Position numbers and translations under genes: made by a program. From positions 84,577 through 148,576 of the forward strand of contig CAYPCX010000003.1 in the NCBI GenBank assembly GCA_964409365.1: a stretch of 64,000 nucleotides of DNA. Direction: 5' to 3'. The DNA is from an uncultured Planctomycetia bacterium (GTDB lineage Bacteria > Omnitrophota > Gorgyraeia > Tantalellales > Tantalellaceae). Shown here piece by piece: positions 46,056 to 56,048 of the stretch (the first letter of the stretch is position 1; every line of letters starts with the position of its first letter). Below the pieces are notes generated by a model. It did not search any database and had not been told where the DNA came from. It saw only the letters and a list, made by a program, of their open reading frames with translations.

Positions 46056-46286
46056 ATGATGAGTTTCCTGGTCTTAATAATAGTCTCTTTAGCATGCCTG
46101 CTGCTGGGCCTCTTTTTGCTGTTAAACCCCGCCTCGGCCATCGAGATACAGGAGAAGTTCTATGAAAAACTGAACTGGCGCATGGAACCTGTCTCTATGG
46201 AAAAAGAGGTCCGGAACACCAAATTCATGGGGGTATTCCTGATCATCATCACTTTTCTGGCGGTGGTCATGGGCCTGTGGAAATAA
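46056..46286 (+). CDS. Small 2-TM membrane protein
   Basis: Internal Met of ORF 45927; hydrophobic ends. Confidence 0.35.
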   Translation: MMSFLVLIIVSLACLLLGLFLLLNPASAIEIQEKFYEKLNWRMEPVSMEKEVRNTKFMGVFLIIITFLAVVMGLWK

Positions 46287-46293
46287 AACGCGC

Positions 46294-47898
46294 CTATTTT
46301 CTCCATGATATCGGGGAAAGGGCGATAAGCACGGTGTATATCTCCAATCGTCCGAGCAGCATGCAAAGGGCGAGGACCCATTTCCCCGAGAGCGGGATCC
46401 ACGCGTAATTCTCAGTGGTCCCTATACCCGAAAGACCGGGGCCGATATTGCACATCGTCGCGACTACCGACGTGACGGCCGTGGTAAAATCATCTATCAC
46501 AAAGCTCATTATCGCGGAAAAGATCACGAAGCACCCCAGGAAAAGCCCTATGAACCCCACGATATTCGCCACCTGTTTTTCCTTCAGCTCCTTTCCCGCT
46601 ATCTTTATGGGCAAGATGAGCCGCGGCTGAATGATCGTCTTGACCTCCCGCCAGGCGGTCTTGACGCCTACCATGATCCTCGTCATTTTTATGCCGCCGC
46701 CGGTAGACCCGGCGCACCCCCCGAAGAACATGAGCACCACCAGCATGAAACGTATGAAATTGGGCCACATGTCCGAATCGGCAGTGGAATAACCGGTAGT
46801 GGTCGTTATGGAGACCACCTGGAACGCCGCGCAGCGCACCGTATCGTGCAGTGAACCGATCTTTTTCTCTTCCTTGATCATTTTCTCCGCGAGCACCTCT
46901 TCGGAAAGAGGCCGGCTCCGGAAGCTCCTTTCGATCTGCTCCCGCGGGGCGATGCCGCGCGCGGCAAGCACGATAGTGGCGATCAGGACCGCCGATACAA
47001 GGACCCCGGCGTAAAAATGGAACTCCTTGTTGTTTTTCGCGAGGTTCCATTTCCTGGCGAACAGGATCTGGTAATGTATGATGAAGTTCATGCCGGCGAA
47101 GAACATGAAGACGATGACGACCCAGTCGATGTAAGCGCTGTTGTAGGCCCCGATAGAAGCGTTCTTAGTGGAGAACCCCCCGGTAGCCATGGTGCCGAAA
47201 GAGTGGCAGAACGCGTCAAATACCGTCATGCCCCCGAAATACAAAAGCGCCGTCTCCGCCAGGGTAAGCAGGGCATAGACCCCCCACAGGACCTTGGCGG
47301 TCTGGGCAAGGCGTGGTTTGAGACGCTCGGAAGTAGGCCCCGGGACTTCGCCGCGGAACATCTGGTAACTGGCGATTCCAAAAACGGGCAGTATGGCCAG
47401 CGCGAGCGTGACGATCCCCATGCCGCCCAGCCAGTGGGTCATGCTGCGCCAGAAAAGCACCCCGCGCGGGAACGACTCTATGTTGGTCAGGATGCTCGCC
47501 CCGGTAGTGGTAAAACCGCTCATTATCTCGAAATAGGCGTCGGTGAACGCCCGCGCCCCCGACTCCAGCGTGGCGGCCTCCGCCTGGGACATGAAATAGA
47601 CGAAAAGGGGGATCGCCCCGAAAAGCGTCAGAACGATCCACCCGAAAGTGACGATCGCGAACCCCTCCCTGATGCCGGTCCCGGTCAGCTGGTCGCTCCC
47701 GATAAGCTTAAGCAGGTTGCCGCATATGAAAGAAGAGACTATCGCTATCAGGAACCCCAGCAGGCGTGGATCCAAAAAAACCTCCGGAAGGACCCTCGAA
47801 GGTATCTCGAAAAAAGCGATCGCGGCGGGTATAAAGAGGATCAAGGCAAGGATCTCCAGCAGCTTGCCGACCGAATATATTATAAAGCTCTTGTTCAT
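46294..47898 (-). CDS. trkH: Trk/Ktr-family K+ transporter membrane subunit
   Basis: 534 aa; four selectivity-filter-like loops (TTTGAS, ATGGFST, TTTGYST, TGGG). Confidence 0.9.
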   Translation of the reverse strand: MNKSFIIYSVGKLLEILALILFIPAAIAFFEIPSRVLPEVFLDPRLLGFLIAIVSSFICGNLLKLIGSDQLTGTGIREGFAIVTFGWIVLTLFGAIPLFVYFMSQAEAATLESGARAFTDAYFEIMSGFTTTGASILTNIESFPRGVLFWRSMTHWLGGMGIVTLALAILPVFGIASYQMFRGEVPGPTSERLKPRLAQTAKVLWGVYALLTLAETALLYFGGMTVFDAFCHSFGTMATGGFSTKNASIGAYNSAYIDWVVIVFMFFAGMNFIIHYQILFARKWNLAKNNKEFHFYAGVLVSAVLIATIVLAARGIAPREQIERSFRSRPLSEEVLAEKMIKEEKKIGSLHDTVRCAAFQVVSITTTTGYSTADSDMWPNFIRFMLVVLMFFGGCAGSTGGGIKMTRIMVGVKTAWREVKTIIQPRLILPIKIAGKELKEKQVANIVGFIGLFLGCFVIFSAIMSFVIDDFTTAVTSVVATMCNIGPGLSGIGTTENYAWIPLSGKWVLALCMLLGRLEIYTVLIALSPISWRK

Positions 47899-47925
47899 CG
47901 GATATTATAAGGGTGTCGATCGAAT

Positions 47926-49290
47926 TCAGTCCGTGACCCTGAACGCCTTTTTGACCAGACCGATATTATCCTTGTGGCTCACGATCATGACCTCGTCGTT
48001 CTCTTTGATAACGGTATCGCCCCGGGGGATGACAACGGAATCGTCCTTGATGATCGCTCCCACGACAATGGACTTTTTGAAAAGCTTGTCAAGTTGCGAG
48101 AGCGGCTTGCTCGTAACGGGGCTATTCTTCCTGGTCCTGACCCGCAGGACCTCCAGGTCGGCGGTCTTCAGCTTCAGGTACGTGTCCAAAGAGACCATCT
48201 GTATCTTCTCGATTATCGCGTTAAGCGTGATCTCCTGCGGGTATATGATGTGGTCTATCCCGAGAACGGTGAACAGCCTGTCATACCGCTTGTCGTCCCT
48301 TAAAGCGATGACATTACGGGCCCCTTCGACCTTTGCCAGGAGGCATGACATGATGTTCTCTTCCGCGTATTTACCCGCGGCTATAAAACAGTCGACGCTG
48401 CTTATATTGATCTCTTCGAGCATCTCGGTCTTCGTGCTGTCAATATGGAATACGTCCACGCCTTCCAGCTCGACCGCCGCCATGCGCCCGTGTTCCAGGT
48501 CGGGGTCGGCCAGAATGACCTGCTCTGAATACGGCTTCAAGGCCTCGGCCAGGTGCACAGCCGTAAGGGTATCGCCCGAGATCACTATTTTTTTCATTTT
48601 CGCGGGCTGGCTGTTGATAAGATCGCGGAACGCCCCGAAGGACTCCTTGGGCATGATGACCACTATCTTGTCGCCGGCCAGGAGCTTCTGGTCACCGGTG
48701 GGGGGAAGGCTCTTCCCGGACCGTACGATCACCACGAAGAGCATCTGCGACGCCCCGGTCATGTTCCTGATCTGGGCAAGCGTTTTATTGGCTATGGGCA
48801 TATCCTCGGTCACACGGTAGCCCCGGAGATAGATATTGTTCGACTCGAAATTCGCGGTCTCTATCACGTCTGGCAGCTCCACGTACTGGAGGATCCTTTT
48901 CATCACCTCGCGTTCGGGTTCGATAACGCTGGTGACCCCCAGTTTTTCGAGATTGACATTAGGCGTGTTCTCGGTATAGATGTCCGATTTGAGCCTGGCG
49001 ATCCGCTTCGGTACGCCGTTCTGCATCGCAAAGTGGCAGACCAGGAGATTGGTCTCATCACTGGGAGTAACGGCGATGACAAGATCGGCCGATCTGATGT
49101 CCGCCTGATCGAGAACGGCCGGGCTCGAACCTATGCCCTCGACCACGAAAACATCGAGCTTGCTGTTAATATGTTCGCAAAGCTCTTTATCCTTTTCGAT
49201 GACCGTTATGTTGTGGTCAAGCCCGGAAAAATACTCCGCCAGACTGTATCCCACCATCCCGGCACCGACTATAACGATCTTCATGATCAC
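47926..49290 (-). CDS. trkA: Trk system K+ uptake regulatory subunit (tandem RCK/NAD-binding domains)
   Basis: MKIVIVGAGMVGYSLA Rossmann start; second RCK_N GxGxxG (VIVGAIIKDD region); 454 aa. Confidence 0.9.
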   Translation of the reverse strand: MIMKIVIVGAGMVGYSLAEYFSGLDHNITVIEKDKELCEHINSKLDVFVVEGIGSSPAVLDQADIRSADLVIAVTPSDETNLLVCHFAMQNGVPKRIARLKSDIYTENTPNVNLEKLGVTSVIEPEREVMKRILQYVELPDVIETANFESNNIYLRGYRVTEDMPIANKTLAQIRNMTGASQMLFVVIVRSGKSLPPTGDQKLLAGDKIVVIMPKESFGAFRDLINSQPAKMKKIVISGDTLTAVHLAEALKPYSEQVILADPDLEHGRMAAVELEGVDVFHIDSTKTEMLEEINISSVDCFIAAGKYAEENIMSCLLAKVEGARNVIALRDDKRYDRLFTVLGIDHIIYPQEITLNAIIEKIQMVSLDTYLKLKTADLEVLRVRTRKNSPVTSKPLSQLDKLFKKSIVVGAIIKDDSVVIPRGDTVIKENDEVMIVSHKDNIGLVKKAFRVTD

Positions 49291-49445
49291 TCCTTATATT
49301 TAGCTCCTGTATTATACAACGGTTTTGTCGCATATAAAAAGGGAAAAATTCGGACCTTTCACCTGAAAACCCGATCGGATCTTTCACCTGAAATTTCGAA
49401 AAGAATTGCACAACAGGCAGATATCAGTATAGAATAAGGGCGCGT

Positions 49446-50966
49446 ATGGCTGACCGTACTACCTTTATTACGGACATCGAACGGGATTACCCCGATTACC
49501 TGCGTGACGAATCCCGCCGCGCAGGCAGGGCCGATTCCATTTCCTTCCCGCGGACGGAAAAGGAGCTCAAAGATCATCTTGCTGTCCTGCACGGGCTGGA
49601 GAGGCCTGTAACGATACAGGGCGCGCGCACGGGGGTCACAGGCGGAGCGGTGCCGGAGGGCGGCCATATACTCAATCTGAGCAGGATGGACCGGATACTG
49701 GACCTGCGGCACGAGGCCTCTTCGAACCTTTCCTATATTACCGTCCAGCCCGGTGTGCCTCTTTCCGAGGTCCAGGAAAAGGTAAAAGAGTTCAGGGCGG
49801 GGGGAGCGTACTTTTTTCCACCTGATGTCACGGAGAACTCGGCCACGATAGGGGGCATGGCCGCCTGTAACGCATCGGGCGCGGGATCGTTTTTTTACGG
49901 CCCGACGCGCGAGTTCGTGGAACGGCTCCGGGTCGTCCTTGCCGACGGTTCCGTTCTGGATCTCAAACGCGGCGATCAAAAGGCCGATAACCGCTCATTT
50001 TCCCTGGTAACCGATACCGGCAGGGTGATCGCTGGGGAACTTCCTTCCTACAGAATGCCCGAGGTGAAAAACTCCTGCGGTTACTTCGCGCGGGATAACA
50101 TGGACCTTGTGGACCTCTTTATCGGCTCGGAAGGGACCCTGGGGATCATCTCCGAGATCGAGCTCAGGCTGATCCCCGCGCCGGCGGCGCGATGGGTGAC
50201 AATGGCCTTCTTTCCCTCGGAAGAGACTTCCCTTAGTTTCGTAAAAACGATCCGCCGCGGCGCGCAGCATCTGGTCGCGATAGAATTCTTCGGCCACAGG
50301 GGGCTGGACCTCTTCCGCAGGCACAAAAAAGACATCCCGGCTTTCAAGGAAACCCCGGAGATGCCGCCCGAATGGCATACCGCGGTCTACCTGGAATTCC
50401 ACGCAGAAAGCGAAGAAGCGGTAGAGAACGCCTGCATGGACATGTCGAGGATCATGGAAGAATGCGGCGGAGATCCCGACGCTATCTGGGCGGCAAGCAA
50501 TGAGCGTGATATCGAAAGATTGAAAGATTTCAGGCACGCCGTTCCCGAGGCGGTGAACACGCTGATAGACGAGCGCCGCAAAAAAACGCCCCGGCTGACC
50601 AAACTCGGCACGGACATGGCAGTGCCCGACTCGATGCTGGGAGATGTCATTTCGCTTTATCACGCCGGCCTGGCCGAAGCCGGGCTTGAATACGTGATCT
50701 TCGGTCACATCGGGAACAACCACCTGCACGTGAACATACTCCCGAACAGCCTCGAGGAATATGAACGCGGGAAACAGCTGTACCTTGAATGGGCTCAGGA
50801 AGTCATTAAAATGGGGGGCACGGTATCCGCCGAGCACGGTATCGGAAAACTGAAAATACCGTTCCTTCGTAAAATGTATGGTGATGAAGGTATCCGCCAG
50901 ATGCAAAAGGTGAAGGCATTGTTCGACCCGGACAACATATTGAACCGCGGGAACCTTTTCATATAG
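49446..50966 (+). CDS. FAD-linked oxidase (PCMH-type FAD-binding; GlcD/D-lactate dehydrogenase-like)
   Basis: FAD-binding region VTIQGARTGVTGGAVP; GSEGTLGIISEIELRLIP. Confidence 0.8.
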   Translation: MADRTTFITDIERDYPDYLRDESRRAGRADSISFPRTEKELKDHLAVLHGLERPVTIQGARTGVTGGAVPEGGHILNLSRMDRILDLRHEASSNLSYITVQPGVPLSEVQEKVKEFRAGGAYFFPPDVTENSATIGGMAACNASGAGSFFYGPTREFVERLRVVLADGSVLDLKRGDQKADNRSFSLVTDTGRVIAGELPSYRMPEVKNSCGYFARDNMDLVDLFIGSEGTLGIISEIELRLIPAPAARWVTMAFFPSEETSLSFVKTIRRGAQHLVAIEFFGHRGLDLFRRHKKDIPAFKETPEMPPEWHTAVYLEFHAESEEAVENACMDMSRIMEECGGDPDAIWAASNERDIERLKDFRHAVPEAVNTLIDERRKKTPRLTKLGTDMAVPDSMLGDVISLYHAGLAEAGLEYVIFGHIGNNHLHVNILPNSLEEYERGKQLYLEWAQEVIKMGGTVSAEHGIGKLKIPFLRKMYGDEGIRQMQKVKALFDPDNILNRGNLFI

Positions 50967-50991
50967 GGCGCCGGCCTTTGCCATTAACATC

Positions 50992-51019
50992 TTGCGCTAT
51001 TCCGTAATAGGTGTAAAAT
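50992..51019 (+). promoter_or_regulatory. Sigma-70-like promoter TTGCGC-N16-TAAAAT with conserved spacer shared with 54214-54241
   Basis: Spacer tattccgtaata identical in both copies. Confidence 0.4.
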
Positions 51020-51058
51020 TAAGAAGATCCTTAAAGGTATCCAAAAAGGAGGTTCGAG

Positions 51059-51478
51059 ATGAGGTTTCTGCAGTATTTTCTGGTCGGGGCCATGCTGTGC
51101 CTTTTCATGGGTGTACATCCGGCTTCAGCCGACGTGATCGGTACAACGGATGAACAGGTAAAAGCTATCGCCGAACCGGTCTTGAACGGCATTCTGGAAG
51201 GTTTTAAGACCGACGATTACGCCCTGTATTCAAAGGACTTCGACGGCACACTTAAAGACGCCATCCCGGAAGGGGAGTTCGTCCGGGTGGACGGCCAGAT
51301 CGAAGACATGTTCGGGAACTGCGAAAGCAAAAAGTACCTGGGGTTCCTCCGGAAAGGGAAGATGACGGCGGTCCTCTGGAAGGCAAAATTCGCGAAAACT
51401 GAAGACGACGTCCTGATCAAGCTCCTGATGTCCAAAAGGGGAGATAAATACGTCGTCACCGGGCTTTGGTTTCAATGA
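51059..51478 (+). CDS. Secreted protein, unknown function (NTF2/DUF3887-like size)
   Basis: Signal peptide MRFLQYFLVGAMLCLFMGVHPASA. Confidence 0.4.
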   Translation: MRFLQYFLVGAMLCLFMGVHPASADVIGTTDEQVKAIAEPVLNGILEGFKTDDYALYSKDFDGTLKDAIPEGEFVRVDGQIEDMFGNCESKKYLGFLRKGKMTAVLWKAKFAKTEDDVLIKLLMSKRGDKYVVTGLWFQ

Positions 51479-52260
51479 CAATAGCTGAGATCAACGATAT
51501 CGAATGTTACTATGAAATCCATGGGACCGGCCGGCCATTGGTTCTTATAGGGGGCCTGGCCAGCGACAGCCAGACCTGGCAGCTTGTCCTTGACCGGTTG
51601 AAAGAACTCTTCAGGGTCATTATTTTCGATAACCGGGCAGTAGGGCGCACGAAAGACGCCGGCAAGCCCTTGGATATTCCCGTCATGGCGAACGACACTG
51701 TTACGCTCCTTGAGCATCTCGGGGTCGGAAACGCCGCTATCCTGGGCCATTCCATGGGCGGATATATCGCCCAGGAGATCGCCATTACATACCCGGCGAG
51801 GGTGAACAAGCTCGTCCTGGCAAGCACTGCCGCATGCACATCAGGGAGGAATAAGCATCTTTTCCTGAACATGGCCGACATATACGAAGAAACCGCCTCG
51901 TATGAAAAGCTCCTGAAAGAATTCATGGTCTGGATGTTCACACCGGGATACTTCGATGATAAAGAAAGAACGGACGAGTTCATCAGATGCGCGCTGGATC
52001 ACCCGTACCGGCAGACACCCGAAGACTTCAAAAGGCAGGTCGAGGCATATATAGAGTACAGTTCCCTAGACAGGCTGGACAGGATACAGGCCGAGACCCT
52101 GGTCCTCTCCGGCGAAAAAGATATACTCATAACGCGTGAGGAAACGGACCTGCTCGCGTCCGGGATACCGAACGCCCGGGTCAAGCACATAGCCGGCACT
52201 GCCCATTCGATACAGACCGAATCACCCGAAAAATTCGCCGACGAAATATGCGCGATCTGA
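51466..52260 (+). CDS. Alpha/beta-fold hydrolase
   Basis: GHSMGGYIAQE nucleophile elbow; HGTGRPLVLIGG. Confidence 0.8.
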   Translation: MVSMTIAEINDIECYYEIHGTGRPLVLIGGLASDSQTWQLVLDRLKELFRVIIFDNRAVGRTKDAGKPLDIPVMANDTVTLLEHLGVGNAAILGHSMGGYIAQEIAITYPARVNKLVLASTAACTSGRNKHLFLNMADIYEETASYEKLLKEFMVWMFTPGYFDDKERTDEFIRCALDHPYRQTPEDFKRQVEAYIEYSSLDRLDRIQAETLVLSGEKDILITREETDLLASGIPNARVKHIAGTAHSIQTESPEKFADEICAI

Positions 52261-52285
52261 AAGAAAACCTGAAGGAGCGGGAAAC

Positions 52286-52894
52286 ATGAAAAGATCCAAA
52301 TTTTCTGTGAATATAGCCGCGATCGTGCTTTCACTGATTTTCTTCTGCCAAAATTCATACGCCGCGACCGCTTCTTATGACCAGGAAGTCATAGCCGGCG
52401 GGCAGCGCGCCATGACAAGCCGCGTCTGGATAAAGGATGAAAAGATGCGCATGGAGACCTCAATGGGAAAAAGAAAAGGGGTCATACTCATAAGGGAAGA
52501 CGGCACCTACAACTACGACCCGGACCGGAACATGGTGATCAAGATGCCGAATTTCGGGGCAATGGAAGGGGGGAGCCCGAACTACGTGAAGGATCCCGCG
52601 GATTATATGGGATACCTCAAAAGCGTCGGTGCCGTAAAGACCGGCTCCGGGGACATAGACGGCCGGCCCTGCGACATCTACAAATACACCGAATCCTCGC
52701 ACGGCATGGATGTCTCGGCGACCGTGTGGGTGTGGAAGAAACACCCCTTTCCTTTGAAAATGATAATGGAAAACCCTTTCGGGAATTCCGAGGTCTATTT
52801 CCGTAACGTCCGCATAAACGAGCCTATACCCGAGAGCATGTTCGAATTACCCAAAAACGCCCGGGTCATGGACGTGACAAAGCAGTTCAGGTAG
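52286..52894 (+). CDS. Secreted LolA-like / DUF4412-like beta-sheet protein
   Basis: Signal peptide; size and composition only. Confidence 0.35.
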   Translation: MKRSKFSVNIAAIVLSLIFFCQNSYAATASYDQEVIAGGQRAMTSRVWIKDEKMRMETSMGKRKGVILIREDGTYNYDPDRNMVIKMPNFGAMEGGSPNYVKDPADYMGYLKSVGAVKTGSGDIDGRPCDIYKYTESSHGMDVSATVWVWKKHPFPLKMIMENPFGNSEVYFRNVRINEPIPESMFELPKNARVMDVTKQFR

Positions 52895-52934
52895 TCGATT
52901 TCCTCCGCCCCGACAGATATAAACATACCCCTGG

Positions 52935-52972
52935 GGAACTTTTTCGCCTCCCGTACTGTCTAAGACAGTAGA
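52935..52972 (+). promoter_or_regulatory. ECF (sigma-E-type) promoter GGAACTT-N16-GTCTAA-GACAGTAGA upstream of glycine-zipper lipoprotein gene
   Basis: -35 52935-52941, -10 52958-52963; gene start 52986/52989. Confidence 0.55.
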
Positions 52973-52985
52973 AGGGAGGAGGTGC

Positions 52986-53426
52986 GTGATGAAAAAGTTG
53001 ACCATGATCGTGCTCATTCTGGCGTTCAGCATGACCTTAGTACTGCCGTGCCCGGCCCAGGAAGACTCTGCTATAGCGATCATAAAAGCGGGCCTTTTGG
53101 GGGCAGGCGCGGGGGCTATCGGCGGGGCGGCTTCCGGAGCCAAGGGAAGGGACATCTGGAAAGGGGCCCTCGCGGGGGCCGGGACCAATATCATAGGGGG
53201 AGCCCTTCTGGACACGATTACCCGCAGTAGCACCACCACGCAGACCCAACGGTACTATGTGCAGCCTCAGCGCGCGGCGTATTCCCAGCCGGTAACGTAT
53301 TCTCAGCCTTCGTACACCGCGCACAGCACCCCCGGTGAGAGCTTCGATGATTACTTCCAGCGGGGGTACTACCTGGGGTACAAGGAAGGGTATGAGCAGG
53401 GATTCCGTGACGGCATGCGGCAGTGA
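52986..53426 (+). CDS. Glycine-zipper (Gly-zipper/YMGG-like) outer-membrane lipoprotein-like protein
   Basis: Signal peptide with Cys; GLLGAGAGAIGGAASGAKG...GALAGAGTNIIGGALL glycine zipper; Q/Y/S-rich tail. Confidence 0.6.
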   Translation: MMKKLTMIVLILAFSMTLVLPCPAQEDSAIAIIKAGLLGAGAGAIGGAASGAKGRDIWKGALAGAGTNIIGGALLDTITRSSTTTQTQRYYVQPQRAAYSQPVTYSQPSYTAHSTPGESFDDYFQRGYYLGYKEGYEQGFRDGMRQ

Positions 53427-53476
53427 CAGGTCCCCCCTGGAAATGGTATAATACCGGCAAAAGGGGGAGGTACAGA

Positions 53477-53701
53477 ATGAAGAGGATAATCGTATTGGTA
53501 GTGCTGTTCGCGTTCGCAGCCGGTTCGGTGTGTTTCGCCGCCGAGGGCGCGAAAACGACAAAAGCGAAGGATCCGGTCACGGCCACCTGTGAAGTAGCCG
53601 GAAAGACCGTGGCAGCTCCCGTGGAAGCCGTATTCGGCGGAAAGAAAAAGACGGAAGAACCGGCAAAGACCGGGACGGAGAAAACTACCAAGAAGAAGTA
53701 A
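53477..53701 (+). CDS. Small secreted Lys-rich protein
   Basis: Internal Met MKRIIVLVVLFAFAAGSVCFA with SD GGAGG; ORF-track N-extension rejected. Confidence 0.4.
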   Translation: MKRIIVLVVLFAFAAGSVCFAAEGAKTTKAKDPVTATCEVAGKTVAAPVEAVFGGKKKTEEPAKTGTEKTTKKK

Positions 53702-53714
53702 TAATACCCTTATT

Positions 53715-54080
53715 TCAGGCTTCGACCCATTGCCAGGCCTCGTCGAGCTGGTCGCCCTCGAAAGTCCTGACCTCGGTATCCTTCATGAAATGGCCTACTA
53801 TTTTAGTGGTCCAGTCGATCCACCTGGGGCCGCCCACAAGGGCTATTTTATCGAATTTCTCGTGGTGCCCGCCGGCGTACTTTATGTCATCCCACATGGC
53901 GCCCACTTCGAAGCCCTCGAACTCGTCCGAAAGGTAATACACGAACCTGGCTTTGTCATGATCGGCTAACATGCGGTCCATGGCGGGGATTATCACATCG
54001 GTGTAATCCGCGGCCGTGACCTTGCCGCTGGCTTTGACGCCTATAATATTATCGTGGCTCTGGGGAAGGATCTCTATCAT
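53715..54080 (-). CDS. SpoIIAA-like/STAS-fold protein (DUF3478-type)
   Basis: 121 aa; pattern ILPQSHDNIIGVKASGKVTAADY...KIALVGGPRW typical of DUF3478. Confidence 0.5.
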   Translation of the reverse strand: MIEILPQSHDNIIGVKASGKVTAADYTDVIIPAMDRMLADHDKARFVYYLSDEFEGFEVGAMWDDIKYAGGHHEKFDKIALVGGPRWIDWTTKIVGHFMKDTEVRTFEGDQLDEAWQWVEA

Positions 54081-54213
54081 ATCGCACCTCCGGTTGGGGT
54101 TAGTAAGTTCATACGATTATACTCCCGGTAAGCTGAATAGGGAAGGGAAAAGTACCTCTCTTTTTTTGTGACACAGTTCTGTAACACAAAAATTGCAAGC
54201 GGCAACTAACAAC

Positions 54214-54241
54214 TTGAACTATTCCGTAATAATAGTAAAAT
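54214..54241 (+). promoter_or_regulatory. Sigma-70-like promoter TTGAAC-N16-TAAAAT (second copy of conserved element)
   Basis: See 50992-51019. Confidence 0.4.
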
Positions 54242-54247
54242 AAGAGC

Positions 54248-54718
54248 GTGAACGCGTTCGAACCCACAAGAATAACCTGGATCCTTAGCATCACGGGCCT
54301 GATCATTTATATTCCCCCGATCTACCTGGAAGTGCTCGCCATATGCAGGCCCCGCAGCCAGAAGACCAAAGACCTCCTGGTGGGAAAGGGGGAAGATTAC
54401 AAGGACCAGACCCATGCCTCTTTCTGTCACGGCCACGGCTGGGCCGACATGCTCGTACCGATCCCTTTCGTGATAGCCGGCTGCATCGCCGTGCTGTTCG
54501 GGCGCCCGTGGGGTTACATGCTATGGTTCGCGGGGGCGGCCGTAACGATATATGCCCACCTCATCCTGCTGTTCCTGGAAGGCAGGGAGATCTACACTAA
54601 ATGGGGAAAGCTGGCGTTCTTTACCTACGCATGGGGCATCTGGGTGTACTGGTCTGTGATCGTCATGGTTTACAGCCTGCTCCGCGTGCAGGGCGCGATC
54701 TTCAACACCGGTATCTAA
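54248..54718 (+). CDS. Integral membrane protein, unknown function
   Basis: 4 predicted TM; GTG start uncertain. Confidence 0.35.
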   Translation: MNAFEPTRITWILSITGLIIYIPPIYLEVLAICRPRSQKTKDLLVGKGEDYKDQTHASFCHGHGWADMLVPIPFVIAGCIAVLFGRPWGYMLWFAGAAVTIYAHLILLFLEGREIYTKWGKLAFFTYAWGIWVYWSVIVMVYSLLRVQGAIFNTGI

Positions 54719-54738
54719 AAGAAATAGGAGTGAAAAAC

Positions 54739-56031
54739 ATGAAAAAGAACCTCATTTATCTGGCCGGCGCCGTTATCATCATTATCATTGTCACTATCGG
54801 TTTTCTTGTATTCAGGCCGAAACCCCACCCCGCGATCGTCAAGAACGAAATAATCCTTCACAAAGGGCTAAATAAATACATGCAGGTCCGCCACATAGTG
54901 CTTAAAGGGTCCAACGGGGAGATCGGCGAGGCCCTGGCCGACATAGCTCGCAAGGATTACAGGGCCAAACTGATAAAATACGCCGCCCCGGTCTACGCTA
55001 AAGCCCGCCTCGAATACATGAAAAAGAACGACCCGGTCTTGCTTGAACGCATGAAAGGGGTAGCGCGTTACTACGGCCTTTCCTTAGATAAGACCGACTA
55101 CGATACAAGCAGCCTGTACTATTGCGCGGGCCAGCCGGAATGTTCGGCGATCTTTTTTCCCGCTGCCGTATCCGCGAACGGCCACAACTTTTACGCCTGT
55201 AACAGGGACTACTACCTGGCAAGCATGTCGGAGGTCATGGGCAAGAAACGCAAACTGGGCGAGAAAGACATGCTGTCGCGCATGATCGTATTAGAAATGT
55301 ACCCGGATAAGGGATACTCCTCTATCGGCATCGGCGCGCTGGACCTGCTCAATATGTATATCGACGCGGTAAATTCAAAAGGATTAAGCGTCACGGCCCT
55401 CCAGGACGATACTTACGGCATGGAACACACCCTCAAGGACCTCACCAGGCAATCCGGGCTTCATCTGTACCAGGCTATCCGGCTTATCATGGATACCTGC
55501 GCGACGCTGGATGAGGCGAAAGAGGTCCTCTTGAACAACAAGATATCGCTGTCCCTTATCCCGGCGCACATAATGGTCATGGACTCCTCCGGCGGTTCGT
55601 TCATTTTTGAGAAGTCTCCCGAGGATTTCAGTGACCATTTTACGGACAGCAAAGGAAAACCTGTCGTAATAACCAACCACTCCGTTCACGATTACCCGAC
55701 GGTCGATAAATTCCCTGAAGCGGGCAAAGACGATTATGACACTTTTAACCGCTACCGCAGGCTGGAAAAATACGTCGAGGACCACAAGGGCAAATTTTCA
55801 GAAAAGGACGGCGAGCACGCCATGAGCCTGGCATACGGGCGCGTAGATGAAGCGTCGGAAGGGGGACATCATGACCTGCCCCTCAGGACGTTGTATACCG
55901 CGGTAGTCGATATTAACGAACGTTCGATGCGGGTCAGGTTCTATGAGCGCGACGGAAAACCCGACCCGGAAACCGGCCTGGCCACGCTTGTCTTCTCAAA
56001 ACCGTTCGAATTCAAACTGAAAACGGATTAA
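54739..56031 (+). CDS. Membrane-anchored Ntn-hydrolase-like protein (C45 acyltransferase/amidase-like), low confidence
   Basis: N-terminal TM; YYCAGQPECSAIFFPAAVSANGHNFYACNRDYY resembles C45/choloylglycine-hydrolase nucleophile region. Confidence 0.4.
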   Translation: MKKNLIYLAGAVIIIIIVTIGFLVFRPKPHPAIVKNEIILHKGLNKYMQVRHIVLKGSNGEIGEALADIARKDYRAKLIKYAAPVYAKARLEYMKKNDPVLLERMKGVARYYGLSLDKTDYDTSSLYYCAGQPECSAIFFPAAVSANGHNFYACNRDYYLASMSEVMGKKRKLGEKDMLSRMIVLEMYPDKGYSSIGIGALDLLNMYIDAVNSKGLSVTALQDDTYGMEHTLKDLTRQSGLHLYQAIRLIMDTCATLDEAKEVLLNNKISLSLIPAHIMVMDSSGGSFIFEKSPEDFSDHFTDSKGKPVVITNHSVHDYPTVDKFPEAGKDDYDTFNRYRRLEKYVEDHKGKFSEKDGEHAMSLAYGRVDEASEGGHHDLPLRTLYTAVVDINERSMRVRFYERDGKPDPETGLATLVFSKPFEFKLKTD

Positions 56032-56048
56032 TTGAAAGGGGTCACGGG

